From assembly GCA_000092065.1 (NCBI GenBank), contig CP000582.1: DNA of 64,000 nt, one strand, 5' to 3'. The position numbers and the translations under genes are program-made. Each line of letters begins with the position of its first letter. The stretch's first letter is position 1. This DNA comes from Ostreococcus lucimarinus (taxonomy: Eukaryota). This document shows positions 19,416 through 29,568 of the stretch, one piece after another. The notes beneath the pieces are model-generated. The model searched no databases, had not been told where the DNA came from, and saw only the letters and a list, made by a program, of their open reading frames with translations.

Positions 19416-20635
19416 AAGAAATATTTACCGGCGAACACGGGCTCGGCGGGACCGGTCATGATGATTCTGCCGTCGCTCTCGCGCCATTCGATCTCGAGCG
19501 GGCCTCCCGGGAGCTCGACGGTGCACCGTCGATCGACGCGGCCCTCGAGGACGCCGGCGACGACGGTCGCGCAGGCACCGGTGCCGCACGCGAGCGTGGC
19601 GCCGGCGCCGCGTTCCCACACGTGCATCTTGACGTAGTTTCTGTTGACGACTTGGGTGAACTCGGTGTTCGTTCGCGCCGGGAAGCACGGATGCGACTCA
19701 AACTTGGGGCCGACGACGCTCAACGGGAATTCGTCCAACTTAAGACCCGGACCGTCAGCCTCGCCACCGGCGCGACCGAACGTGATGCAGTGCGGGTTAC
19801 CCATAGACACCGCGTTCACTAACCACTTCTCACCGTCCACGTCCATCTCCGCGCGCACAACCTTACCGTCTTGGGTCGCCGCGAGCGTCGTCGGGACTTC
19901 GCTCGGCTCAAAAATCGGCATCCCCATATCCACCGCCACCTGTCCATCCGCCCGCATCTCCGGTTGAATCAACCCCGCCAGCGTTCCAACCTTGTACTTT
20001 TTCGGCGGCATGGCGTCTAAATCGCTCACGAAACGCGCCAGGCATCGAATTCCGTTTCCGCACATCTCCGGTTCGCTACCGTCGCTGTTAAACATCCGCA
20101 TCGAGTAATCCTCCGACGCGTCGTTCGGCGGCATGGCGAATATCACCCCATCACCACCGATTCCAAAGTTACGATCGCACATCTTCGCCGCGGCTTCGCT
20201 CGACATCTTCACAGTCGCGCTGTCGCGGTTGTCGATTAATATAAAGTCGTTCCCGAGGCCCTGGTACTTGATGAAATCGATCGTCCGCGACGCCTCGGCG
20301 ACGACGCGCGCGCGTCCGACGCGCGTCGCGCGGGCGTGCGACGCGCGCGGCGTCGATCTGCGCGGCGAAAAACGCGCGCGCGGTGAGTCTGCGGTCGAGC
20401 GCGCGCGTCGACGCGTCGCGAGTGGATATGGACGTCGCGCGACCGAACGCGCGCGCGCGGCGGCGACGGGGCGCGCGAGACGAACGCGCGCGCGCACCTC
20501 GAGGCGAGCGAAACGGTGGCGCCGCGCGCGAGCATGGTGCGCGGTCGTCGGACGAGCGCGGGGCGCGAAGTGCGGCGGCGCGCGGCGGCTGGGCGGGTCG
20601 CGACGACGTTCGTCTCGAGGCGGTTCGGTGCACAT
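19412..20635 (-). CDS. dapF: Diaminopimelate epimerase (DapF), plastid-type with a long N-terminal extension.
   Basis: [52 protein letters not shown] and the second active-site Cys region ACGTGACA are all present. The ~125-aa Arg/Ala/Pro-rich N-terminus is consistent with a transit peptide. ATG at 20635. Confidence 0.9.
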   Translation of the reverse strand: MCTEPPRDERRRDPPSRRAPPHFAPRARPTTAHHARARRHRFARLEVRARVRLARPVAAARARSVARRPYPLATRRRARSTADSPRARFSPRRSTPRASHARATRVGRARVVAEASRTIDFIKYQGLGNDFILIDNRDSATVKMSSEAAAKMCDRNFGIGGDGVIFAMPPNDASEDYSMRMFNSDGSEPEMCGNGIRCLARFVSDLDAMPPKKYKVGTLAGLIQPEMRADGQVAVDMGMPIFEPSEVPTTLAATQDGKVVRAEMDVDGEKWLVNAVSMGNPHCITFGRAGGEADGPGLKLDEFPLSVVGPKFESHPCFPARTNTEFTQVVNRNYVKMHVWERGAGATLACGTGACATVVAGVLEGRVDRRCTVELPGGPLEIEWRESDGRIIMTGPAEPVFAGKYFL

Positions 20636-20660
20636 TTCTCGGACTATCGCGACGTGCGCG

Positions 20661-21950
20661 TCATCTGATCAACTTTTTCGCGCGGTTTCGCCAGTCGTTG
20701 ACGCGCTGGACGAGGCTGAAGGCGACGTAGGCGGAGACGGCGACGGTGGCGTACGCCCGCAGGCTGTAGTCGCCGGTAGGATCTCTCGCGATTTCGCGAA
20801 CGACGTGCGTGACGCGCGACGCGAGCGCGTCGACGGTCGAAACTTTCTCCGCGTTCGTACCGTCGTCCTCGACTGGTTCCGGTGCCGCCGTCGGCGAGGA
20901 TTTTGTGATTTCCGTTTCGTTCTCTTCCGCCGGCGCGTCGTCGTCGCTGGCGTTCTCGTCCTCGCCGTCGTCGTCGACGCGTTGATTTTTGACCATCACG
21001 CGACCGGTGTGCTCGTCGTACGACACCGAGAATCGGTAGTTTTTGTTGATGTTCGCTTTTTGAATCCAACTCCTCGTCAACACGATGATTTGCTCGTCGA
21101 GCAAGTCCTCGCGTTTGTCGAGCCACGCGTGCGCGGCGTCTTCGTCCTCGCGCTGCGCCGCCAATATTTGACTCGCGTACAGCCACCCCAAGTTCCTCAA
21201 CGCGTCGCGCCACGCCACATTCAACTCTTCCGACATGCTTTCGTCGTTCAACACGTTTGCCGCGGCGGCGTCGTCGAAGAGCGCTAAAATCTCGCGTTCG
21301 ATCTCCGCCTCCTCCCGCGATCCCGCCGTCTTCCCCGCGCCCTCTTCCCACTTCAACTTGCACCACAGCATCCGCGCCGTCGGCCCCAACCGCGGCGGCG
21401 TCCCGACCCTAACCCCTCGTCGCAGCTCCGCGAAGTCCTCCGCCATCGTGCGCCCCAATCCATCCTTCGATTTAAACTTGCACTGCACCCACAGGCACGA
21501 CGTCACCCACGCCGCGTCTCTCTCGCGCAGATCCTCCACCGGCCACCGCACGCTCTCCGCGTCCCGCGCCAGCGCCCTTCGCTCCGCGTTCCTCTCCGAG
21601 CCCTCGTCTTCGTCTTCGCTGCACGAGCACTCGCCGTATATCTCATCCAGGTACCGCTCCGGCCGCCGCAACCGCCGCGCCGCCGCCGCGACCGCCGCGT
21701 CGATCCCCGAGTCCTCGCGCGCCGTCGCGCGCGCCCTCGCGCCCGACTCGCGCGCGTCGCTCGACGTCCCTCGCACCAGCGGTCGCGGCGCGCTCGGATC
21801 GTCGACGTACGCCGCGTACACGCGCTCGCACATCGCGCGACACTCGGCAAAGTGCGCGCACACGAACAGCCGCTCGCACTGCTCGAGCGACACCTCGTCG
21901 CCGAGCGCGCGCGCCGACGGCGCCGCCGGCAGCGTCGAGTCGTCGTCCAT
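20661..21950 (-). CDS. Hypothetical protein with a C-terminal transmembrane anchor (tail-anchored topology).
   Basis: 429-aa ORF from the first ATG (21950; the track start at 22082 is TTG). It has coherent non-repetitive composition, Trp-rich conserved-looking blocks ([20 protein letters not shown]) and a C-terminal hydrophobic helix [16 protein letters not shown] followed by a basic tail. I recognised no family. Confidence 0.4.
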   Translation of the reverse strand: MDDDSTLPAAPSARALGDEVSLEQCERLFVCAHFAECRAMCERVYAAYVDDPSAPRPLVRGTSSDARESGARARATAREDSGIDAAVAAAARRLRRPERYLDEIYGECSCSEDEDEGSERNAERRALARDAESVRWPVEDLRERDAAWVTSCLWVQCKFKSKDGLGRTMAEDFAELRRGVRVGTPPRLGPTARMLWCKLKWEEGAGKTAGSREEAEIEREILALFDDAAAANVLNDESMSEELNVAWRDALRNLGWLYASQILAAQREDEDAAHAWLDKREDLLDEQIIVLTRSWIQKANINKNYRFSVSYDEHTGRVMVKNQRVDDDGEDENASDDDAPAEENETEITKSSPTAAPEPVEDDGTNAEKVSTVDALASRVTHVVREIARDPTGDYSLRAYATVAVSAYVAFSLVQRVNDWRNRAKKLIR

Positions 21951-22208
21951 CGCGTCGCCGACCGCGACGCGGCGACGCGCGCGCGTGTGCGGGCGACACT
22001 CGGCGACGCGAATCGAATCGGCGGATTCGCGATCGACGATGGGCGTCGCGGCGAAGCGACGCGCCAAGGCGCGCGCGGCCAAGGCGCGCGACAGGGCGAC
22101 GGTGCGTTCGCGCGCGCGACGCGCGCGAACGATCGAGCGCGCGCGCGACGCGAAGGCCGAAGGCGCGATCGGCGCCGGCGGCGGGATCGAACGAGACGAC
22201 GGCGCGCG

Positions 22209-23936
22209 ATGGCGCGCGCGACGCGAGCGACGCGCGACGACGCGCGAAGACGACGCGGACTGACCTCGAGTCGCGATCGGTGGCGCGACGACCGCGCGCA
22301 GGCGGAGGCGAAGACGGGAGACGACGCGACGGCGACGACGACGCGCGGCGAGACGAAGGCGCGAGGCGCGAGACGCGAAAAGAGCGGCGCGAACGCGGGC
22401 GATGAGGACGTCGAGATCGAGTACGTGGCGGCGCCGATCGAGTTAGAGCTAGAGGGGACGAGCGATGCGGACGGGGAGGACGGATTGGGGGAGTTTAAGG
22501 CGATTTTTGAGGCGTTTCGAGCGAGAGGGGCGAGAGGGGGCGAGGTCGGCACGAGCGCGGACGACGCGGGGGCGAAGAAGGGTGATGGGGGCGACGGCGC
22601 GGATGAAGACGACGGGGACGACGGGGACGATGACGGCGCGGGCGAGGAGCTTTCGAATAAAAAGAAGAAGGAACTGCGTCGGATGAAGGTGGCGGAGCTC
22701 AAGCAACACTGCGCGAAGCCAGAAGTCGTGGAGGTTTGGGACGCGAGCGCGAACGATCCGAGATTACTCGTCTTTCTCAAGGCGCACAGGAACACGGTCC
22801 CGGTGCCGAGACATTGGAGCCAAAAGCGGGCGTTTTTGCAAGGTAAGCGAGGGATCGAGAAGCCGCCGTGGGAGTTGCCGGATTTTATTCGCGCCACGGG
22901 AATTCAGAAGATTCGCGACCACTACGCGGAGAAGGAAGACGCCAAGTCGTTGAAACAGAAGGCAAAAGATACGAAAACGGCCAAGCTCGGGCGCATGGAT
23001 ATCGATTATCAAATTCTGCACGATGCGTTCTTCGTCTACCAATCCAAACCCAAGATGTCCAAACCCGGGGATTTGTACTTTGAGGGCAAGGAGTTTGAGG
23101 TTTCCATCGGACGCAAGCCCGGCAAGCTGAGCGAAGAACTCAAGGCTGCGCTCGGCATGACGGACGGCGGACCACCTCCGTGGTTGATCAACATGCAACG
23201 ATACGGTCCGCCGCCGAGCTATCCGCACCTGCGCGTGCCGGGGCTTTCCGCGCCGATTCCCGCGGGAGCGCAGTTCGGCTACCATCCGGGCGGTTGGGGC
23301 AAACCGCCCGTGGACGAGCTCGGCGTGCCCATCTACGGCGACGTGTTCGGAAGCACGAAGACAAAGGCGAGTGATAGCACGCCGTACGACGTAGCTGTCG
23401 ACAAGACGAAACGGTTCGGTGAGATCGACGAAGAGTTGGAGGAAGAGGAGAGCGAGGAAGAGGTGGAGGAGGAAGAAGTCGCCGCGGAGGAGGCCGAGGA
23501 GGAGGAGGCCGAGGAAGAAGAAGAGTCCGCGGAACTCCACGCGGGCGCCGAAACGCCAGACGTTTTGGATCTGCGCAAAAAGTCCGAAGGCCCGAAGTCA
23601 TTGTACACGGTGTTACCGTCGCAAGAAGCCTCCGTCGGCGCCGACCAAATCGTCGGCTCGGCGCACACGTACGCCATCCCTACCGACGGCGACGACAAGC
23701 CCAAGCGTCGCACCCGTGGCGCGGGCGTCGAAGTCACGCTCGACGCCGAGGCCCTCGGAGACGATGGCTTGCAAGATGAAGACGCGATCCGCGCCGCGTA
23801 CGAGGAAACCGTCGCGGCGAAGAAGGCCGCCGCCGCGCCAGAGGACTTTTCCGACATGGTCGCCGACCACGCCCGCGCTCAAAAACGAAAGGCCAAAGAC
23901 AAAAAAGATAGCGACGCAAAAAAGTTCAAATTTTAA
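22209..23936 (+). CDS. SF3B2: Splicing factor 3b subunit 2 (SF3B2/SAP145/Cus1).
   Basis: DUF382 region (KVAELKQHCAKPEVVEVWDASANDPRLLVFLKAHRNTVPVPRHWSQKR), PSP domain (GDLYFEGKEFE...GPPPWLINMQRYGPPPSYP), then an acidic E-rich tail. The track ORF starts at 21852 inside the neighbouring minus gene. The first ATG clear of it is 22209. Confidence 0.85.
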   Translation: MARATRATRDDARRRRGLTSSRDRWRDDRAQAEAKTGDDATATTTRGETKARGARREKSGANAGDEDVEIEYVAAPIELELEGTSDADGEDGLGEFKAIFEAFRARGARGGEVGTSADDAGAKKGDGGDGADEDDGDDGDDDGAGEELSNKKKKELRRMKVAELKQHCAKPEVVEVWDASANDPRLLVFLKAHRNTVPVPRHWSQKRAFLQGKRGIEKPPWELPDFIRATGIQKIRDHYAEKEDAKSLKQKAKDTKTAKLGRMDIDYQILHDAFFVYQSKPKMSKPGDLYFEGKEFEVSIGRKPGKLSEELKAALGMTDGGPPPWLINMQRYGPPPSYPHLRVPGLSAPIPAGAQFGYHPGGWGKPPVDELGVPIYGDVFGSTKTKASDSTPYDVAVDKTKRFGEIDEELEEEESEEEVEEEEVAAEEAEEEEAEEEEESAELHAGAETPDVLDLRKKSEGPKSLYTVLPSQEASVGADQIVGSAHTYAIPTDGDDKPKRRTRGAGVEVTLDAEALGDDGLQDEDAIRAAYEETVAAKKAAAAPEDFSDMVADHARAQKRKAKDKKDSDAKKFKF

Positions 23937-24056
23937 TAACCATCACGTTCGTCTAGAAGACAATCTTTCGAACGGCGCCGCCACCGTGGCGCTCGCGCGC
24001 GCTCGCGCCACAATGCGAAGGCGTCGCGAACGATCGTGCGTTCGCAATCGCACGGC

Positions 24057-24987
24057 ATGACCGCGTCGATGACGCATGCGATACCATCGCGCGCGGCGGG
24101 GCGACCCTCGCGCCCGTCGCGCGCGCGTGGCGGCGGCGGCGGCGCCGCGCGTTCGTTAAGCCGAAAACGAACTCGCCAGCGCGCCGCCGCGGACGACGAC
24201 GCGTACAACGCCGCGATGAAGGCGTACAGCGCGACGCCGTATGAGTACAAGCATGAACTCGGTTTATGTGCGTGTTCGCGGCGATGCGAGGCGATGCGCC
24301 GACGTTTGAACTAGACGAGCGCGCTCGCCGAGCGCGCTTCGACGCGCGACGACGGCGACGAACGACTGACGACGTCCGCGAGCGATCGCGACGATATCGA
24401 CGCGTGCAGACTATCACAGAATACGCCCGAATCTCATCGTCGGCACGCAACCGACGACGGCGGCGGATATCGATCGACTTCGCGACGTCGAGGGCGTGAC
24501 GTGCGTGTTCAACACGCAACAGGACAAGGATATGGAGTACTGGAAGGTGGATTTCGCGTCCGTGAAGCGGCAGATCGAGAAACGAGGTATGAAACTGGAG
24601 CGATACCCGTTCGTGGACTTTTCGGCGGACTCGTTGCGGGAGGGTTTGCCGGCGGCGGCGGCGGCGCTGGACGCAGCGGCGAGACGCGGGGAGACGGTGT
24701 ATTTGCACTGCACGGCTGGCATGGGACGGTCACCGGGACTAGCGATCGCGTACATGTACTGGTTTTTAGATGCACACGACAGCCTGGATGGCGCGTACGA
24801 GGCGTTGACGTCGATCCGGCCCTGCGGACCTAAGAAGGAGTCAATTCGAGCGGCGACGTGCGACATACTTGCGGCGCACTCGGATGAGTGGCCGATCAAA
24901 CTTTTGGAACGAGAACTGAACGAATACGAAGGCGCTCGATTGAGCTTTGGGGCTAAACGAATGATTCGTCGGAAGTTGCGGCGATAA
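24057..24987 (+). CDS. Plastid-type dual-specificity (phosphoglucan) phosphatase, SEX4/LSF2-like, with no CBM48 domain. 2 exons.
   Basis: Exon 1 runs 24057..24267. It has a Ser/Arg/Ala-rich transit-peptide-like N-terminus, then ...YEYKHELGL, and ends before a GTGCGT donor. Exon 2 runs 24410..24987 after a cgcgtgcag acceptor. The junction codon T|AC gives ...HELGLYYHRIRPNLIVGTQ..., which is colinear with plant SEX4 ([21 protein letters not shown]). Catalytic loop HCTAGMGRS (CX5R). The intron is 142 bp, phase 1. Confidence 0.7.
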
Positions 24988-25046
24988 AACCCCGGTGGCG
25001 TCGCCACCCAGCGGCAGAGCGCGACTCGACCTTGAGCGTCGACGTC

Positions 25047-26072
25047 ATGAAGCGTCGAGCGAACATATTGCGTGTCGGCGCGCTGTGTGCGCTAGTCGCG
25101 TGCGTGTCGGATGCACACTTTGTTGCAGCCGAACACGTCGACGTTGGTGCACCCAACTTCGGACTGTTCGACTTTGCGTCTCAATTCATCAGCACCGCCT
25201 CGAGCGGCGCGGAACAGACGCCACCCATTTTCACGGCGTTTCATTCTTCCGGAGGCAACTGGGACGGGTTTCTCGCGGCTGCTCGCGCCCTCGCGCGTGG
25301 TGACACTGGTCAAATGACCGCGTCGTTTATCGACGCCGCGCTGAGGGGTGAGTCGTCGCCGAATTCCACTGGTTTGTGGTTCCGAGATGCAACAGCAAAC
25401 GCAACGACGATGACGTCCTGGGTTAACAACACCGACGACGAGCTGGAGATGCAAAAACGCATGGCGTTTCGAGATATTTTTAACGACGTTTTGAATTCCA
25501 CGGCGTCGAGCATGTATAATGTCATCGACAGTCGAGATCCAACTGGTGAAAGCTGGCGCAACAAAATCATAGAGGGGGTCAGAGACGCCGAGATTTACGG
25601 CGACATGATCTTCAACGCCAGCACCGAATCCAATCGGCGCGCTGCCATAATGCTCTATGATCGGGTTGCTTCGCAGATGTTTCGGTCTAGAGCCATCTTA
25701 CGCTCGGCGGCGTCCGGCGACGTCACGGCGGCGAATGAACTGTTTTTTGGCGTCGCCGACGGACCATTCACGAACTCCAACTCGCAATGGACAATTACCT
25801 CCGCGACGACGCGCGACGGCGACGTCGAAGTCGAGAGCACAAATGATGATTCCTTGCGAGGTATCAAAGCGTACGTTCTCATCGCCGTGGGCATCGTTTG
25901 CGTACTTTCCGCGGCGGCGCTCTTCGCGCGGCGGTCGCGATCGAGCAAACGGCGCTCGCTCGTCGTCGACGCCGAGCCTTCGGCGACCACGGCGAAGCGC
26001 GACACGCGTAAGCAAATAGAAACGCTCGACGAACGCGACGAACGCATCGACGCCCTGAAGCATGTATTGTGA
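25047..26072 (+). CDS. Hypothetical type I membrane glycoprotein (signal peptide, N-glycosylated ectodomain, one TM, short basic tail).
   Basis: N-terminal MKRRANILRVGALCALVACVSDA signal peptide. There are many N-x-S/T sequons (NST, NAT, NNT, NST, NAS, NSN). C-terminal TM is AYVLIAVGIVCVLSAAALF, followed by RRSRSSKRR. The track start at 25032 is TTG, and the ATG is at 25047. No family recognised. Confidence 0.5.
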   Translation: MKRRANILRVGALCALVACVSDAHFVAAEHVDVGAPNFGLFDFASQFISTASSGAEQTPPIFTAFHSSGGNWDGFLAAARALARGDTGQMTASFIDAALRGESSPNSTGLWFRDATANATTMTSWVNNTDDELEMQKRMAFRDIFNDVLNSTASSMYNVIDSRDPTGESWRNKIIEGVRDAEIYGDMIFNASTESNRRAAIMLYDRVASQMFRSRAILRSAASGDVTAANELFFGVADGPFTNSNSQWTITSATTRDGDVEVESTNDDSLRGIKAYVLIAVGIVCVLSAAALFARRSRSSKRRSLVVDAEPSATTAKRDTRKQIETLDERDERIDALKHVL

Positions 26073-26117
26073 TCACATTCTATATTTTTTCGCAGCAGTG
26101 CGCGCCTCGCGCGCGCG

Positions 26118-27698
26118 ATGGCGTTCGCTTTCAGATCCGACGTCCTCCCCGACGTCGGCTCGGGCGCTCTCGCGGCCGTCGATATCACCGCATTGATCGA
26201 CGCGTTCGCGGGACTCGACGCCGAGGTCGTGCGCGACGTCGCGAGGCAATGCGAAGGCGTCAAAGATGCAATCGCTTTATTGCGCGGACTGTGTCCAGAA
26301 CGGCCTCCCGTCGCGCACGACGTCGCGCACGGGCACGCGTTCGGTGACGTTCTCCCCGACGACGTTCGCGATGTGATATTTAAGTCACTGAGCGCGAGGG
26401 ACGCCGCGGTGCTGGCGTGCACGTGCAAAGAGTTCAGAGCGCTCGTGGCGTCGTGGCGACGCGACGCGCGAAGAATCGCGCCGCCCGCGAATGCGCGCGC
26501 GCGAACGACGATTGAGACGTTCGCCTCGGATGTAGTTCGCCTGGGAGGGATGATTCGTGCGTATCCGAACGTTAGCGCTGTGAGCTTTCGAAAGATGGGC
26601 GAGACGCTGAAGCCACCGGCGGATAGCGCCGAAGACGACTGGGAACGTTTGTCGAATGTTTTGACCGCCGTCGCGGCAAATAACGCGTCACAGTCGATCG
26701 AGTCGATAGACTTCGAGGGATGCGGGGAGTGGTTGAGCGAGTACGGAGTGGTGGCGATCGCGGAGCGGTGTCGAGAGATTTTTCCCGCGTTAACGTCCAT
26801 CGCGTGGACTCGCGCTCGAGCGCTCAGATCGAGTGGTCTGTCTCGAGCTTTGGCACCTTATGGGGACACCCTTCGCGAACTCAAACTCGTGGGATGTGTG
26901 TCTCTGGACGAAGAAGCAATTTACGGCGCCCTGGATGTCGCGCGATGTTTGCGCGTGTTGGATGTGACGGGTTGTTCGGGCGTCAAACGACTCGTCCTCG
27001 GCGCACACGTCGCTACGCGACTCGAACGCCTGAAAGCGGTCAACTGTAAGTCAATGACGAATTTTTCAATTCGTCGGACCTCTGATTCGAGCGCGTTGAA
27101 CGCCGTAAACGTCGCCGACTGCGGCTCGTTGCGAGAGCTGCAAGTGCAATCCGGCTCCGTGGAGACGATAAGCGCGGCGGGATGCAAGGCGCTGGAGACC
27201 TTCAACGCGTACGCGCCAAAGTGTGAGACGTTGCTGATGAATAAATGTGCCAGTCTGCGAGCTGTGACGGAAGAGATGAACACCGTTCGTTCGAAGTTAC
27301 CCGCGGTCAAGACGCTCAAGCTCGATAGTTGTAAAGTGCTGACGTCGAGTGGCTTTGCCGACATCCTTAATATGTGCGGCGGCTCGCTTGTCGAGCTCAG
27401 CGCGGAGGGGTGCTTCAGCATCGAGCGTGCATTTATTTCGTCGCCACATCTTGTGCGATGTGCGCTGAGTGGGTGTCCCGCGCTGCAAGTCGCGCGTATC
27501 TCTAGCGCAAACTGCCGAGAGTTCGTGGCTCGAGCGTGCAAAACGCTCACGGAGGTGCGATTCGAGTCGGGAACGTACGATCTTGGGACTTTTGACGTGC
27601 GAAATTCCGGGACGTTGAAGCGAGTCGTTGGCGTCAGGCGGCATCGTGTTCGAAATTTGGACGTTGACGGGTGTGGGTCGTCGCTCGAGTTCATTTAG
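26118..27698 (+). CDS. F-box / leucine-rich-repeat protein (FBXL-like).
   Basis: The N-terminal F-box is LPDDVRDVIFKSLSARDAAVLACTCKEFRALV. It is followed by about 10 cysteine-containing LRRs (LKLVGCVSLD..., LDVTGCSGVKRL..., LKLDSCKVLTS...). Confidence 0.7.
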   Translation: MAFAFRSDVLPDVGSGALAAVDITALIDAFAGLDAEVVRDVARQCEGVKDAIALLRGLCPERPPVAHDVAHGHAFGDVLPDDVRDVIFKSLSARDAAVLACTCKEFRALVASWRRDARRIAPPANARARTTIETFASDVVRLGGMIRAYPNVSAVSFRKMGETLKPPADSAEDDWERLSNVLTAVAANNASQSIESIDFEGCGEWLSEYGVVAIAERCREIFPALTSIAWTRARALRSSGLSRALAPYGDTLRELKLVGCVSLDEEAIYGALDVARCLRVLDVTGCSGVKRLVLGAHVATRLERLKAVNCKSMTNFSIRRTSDSSALNAVNVADCGSLRELQVQSGSVETISAAGCKALETFNAYAPKCETLLMNKCASLRAVTEEMNTVRSKLPAVKTLKLDSCKVLTSSGFADILNMCGGSLVELSAEGCFSIERAFISSPHLVRCALSGCPALQVARISSANCREFVARACKTLTEVRFESGTYDLGTFDVRNSGTLKRVVGVRRHRVRNLDVDGCGSSLEFI

Positions 27699-27760
27699 GA
27701 GTTCAGAGGTCTCGTAGAAGTAGGTAGTTATCCATAGAAGAGTAGAACGAGTTGGCGTCA

Positions 27761-28726
27761 TCAACCGCTCGCTCGCGATCGCACCGCGGCTCGCGATCTT
27801 GCGCGTACGTTTGCGTTCGACTTTCCGAGCGACGGACAGCACCCACCGACATCACCACAGCAATCGCCGTAATCAAAGCATGTCGCGTCGCAACAACATG
27901 TCGGATTATCGCTCGTTGAATCTGGGTAGATGCAAAGCCCGCACGATTCCGAGCACGTATCGCCTACGCCCCCACACGCCGTCGTCGGTGGTGATGCAGG
28001 TGACGGTGACGGCGAGGGTGACGGCGTCGGGAAGTATATCGTCGATGGCGACGGCGACGGCGACGCCGAGAACGACGGTGACGTCGAAAACGACGGCGCC
28101 GCCGAGCTCGAGCTGGCTTCGCCGAGCGATGACATCACGGCGTTGTAAATCGTGCGCATCAGAAATATCGTCGTCTGCACGCGAACGAAGCTCTGCACGA
28201 GCGAAGCTGCGCCTGGATAAGACGTCGTCAACGCGCCGAGCATGGCGTTGAAGTTCACGGGATTCAACGCGCTCGTCGACCAGGACTCGCCAAATCGCGA
28301 GCCGAACCGCGCGCGAGAGTCGCACGCTTCCGCGCAGAACGCGCGCGCGATTCCGCGTCCACCTTGTGCGCACACCTCCGTCGCACACATGGGTGCGATG
28401 CACGAATCAAACGTTCGAGCGTCGATCGGCGTGTTCGGCGCGTCTCGCGCGCCGCACGCGAACCCGTCCGACCCTCGGCGCCGCAACGATTCGCACGAGA
28501 AAGCCAAAATGCTTTCGTCGCACGCTCCCGCGCTCCGTCCTCGAGGTGACGCATCTCCGGTGTCGATGCACGTGTCCAATCCCAGTGCGGACGCCCGCGC
28601 GCGAAAATCATCAACGTTTCCGTTCTTCGGCTCTACGCACCACGCCGCGGCCTCGTTCGCGCGAACGCCGGTGAGGCGAACGACGAACGCCGCCAACACC
28701 GCGAGCTCCAGCGCGCGCATCGCCAT
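27761..28726 (-). CDS. Secreted cysteine-rich protein with a Ser/Pro linker and a C-terminal somatomedin-B-like domain.
   Basis: Signal peptide MAMRALELAVLAAFVVRLTGVRA. The linker is SSSSAAPSFSTSPSFSASPSPSPSTIYFPTPSPSPSPSPASPP. The C-terminal CGLCIYPDSTSDNPTCCCDATCFDYGDCCGDVGGCC fits the SMB spacing (C..C.CD..C...GDCC.D). The track start is TTG at 28855, and the ATG is at 28726. Confidence 0.5.
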   Translation of the reverse strand: MAMRALELAVLAAFVVRLTGVRANEAAAWCVEPKNGNVDDFRARASALGLDTCIDTGDASPRGRSAGACDESILAFSCESLRRRGSDGFACGARDAPNTPIDARTFDSCIAPMCATEVCAQGGRGIARAFCAEACDSRARFGSRFGESWSTSALNPVNFNAMLGALTTSYPGAASLVQSFVRVQTTIFLMRTIYNAVMSSLGEASSSSAAPSFSTSPSFSASPSPSPSTIYFPTPSPSPSPSPASPPTTACGGVGDTCSESCGLCIYPDSTSDNPTCCCDATCFDYGDCCGDVGGCCPSLGKSNANVRARSRAAVRSRASG

Positions 28727-28972
28727 CAAACCACGAGCCACGAACCACGAGCACGACGCTATCGAGCGTGAAACGCGCGAGACGAAACGAACGAACGAGC
28801 GAAAGCGCGAGTCGAAGAGTGCGGTCGCCGTCGCGCCCGCGCTCGCGTTTCTCAAAGAATTTTCGTCTCATTACACCGACCTCAACGATCGATCGACCGT
28901 CATCCTAGCGCCGCGCCTCGCGCCCCTCGCGCGCCGCGCGCGATCTCGTCTCACCGCGCGGCCGACGCTCGC

Positions 28973-29359
28973 TCAATCGTAAATGTCCGCGATCCCCAAC
29001 ACGCTCACCGTCAGCTTGATTTGATCGATGAAATCCACCCCCGTCGCGAATTCCGTCAGCATCCCCACCAACAGCCCGAACATCGTCCACCGTCCGTTAT
29101 TAATCTCATTGCTCGGCGTGAATCCAAACACCTGCGCGTCCTCCACCGCCTGATCGTACTGTTTTTCCTTAAAGTACCGCACCATCATCTTCGCGCGCTC
29201 GCGCTGGTACTCCACCGTCGTCGGTTTCTTCGTCTCCGCGCTCGCCGCGACGGCGTTCGCCGCGCATCGTCGCGCGCCGCGCGTCGAGCGCTTTCCTCCG
29301 CGCGCGCTCGAGATCGCGGCGCCGCCCGCGGGCGCGCGCGTGGAGAGCGCGAGCATCAT
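28973..29359 (-). CDS. OHP: One-helix protein (OHP/HLIP-like LHC-superfamily protein), plastid-targeted.
   Basis: FGFTPSNEINNGRWTMFGLLVGMLTEFATG is the chlorophyll-binding CAB helix motif (E..NGR.AM.G......E). The N-terminal presequence is Ala/Arg/Ser-rich. The track start is GTG at 29557. I used the ATG pair at 29359/29356, downstream of a lower-GC promoter-like stretch. Confidence 0.7.
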   Translation of the reverse strand: MMLALSTRAPAGGAAISSARGGKRSTRGARRCAANAVAASAETKKPTTVEYQRERAKMMVRYFKEKQYDQAVEDAQVFGFTPSNEINNGRWTMFGLLVGMLTEFATGVDFIDQIKLTVSVLGIADIYD

Positions 29360-29568
29360 CGCGCGTCGACGTGTGCGGCGTCGCCGCGTTATCCGCGGTG
29401 ACGTCACCGCGACGTCGCGCATCGTGATGGTGCTTTCGATACCCAGTATGCGTGGTTTAAGTCGTACTCTGTGTAGTTTCATGCTATGTGCGCGTCGACC
29501 GAATGCGAGATTCCACGCGCGCACTGTTTGCGCTGTCCGCGTCGCGCGCGACGCCACGTCGCGGCGCG

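Noticed and set aside
20133-21366. Plus ORF 20133..21287 and minus ORF 20644..21366
   Set aside because: They lie antisense or out of frame to DapF and the tail-anchored protein gene. They are Arg-rich and carry no motifs.
21503-22897. 464-aa minus ORF and 342-aa plus ORF 21235..22263
   Set aside because: Ser/Ala/Arg low-complexity. They overlap the SF3B2 reading frame and the divergent promoter.
28242-28982. 246-aa plus ORF
   Set aside because: It lies antisense to the SMB-like secreted protein and OHP genes. It is basic and low-complexity without motifs.
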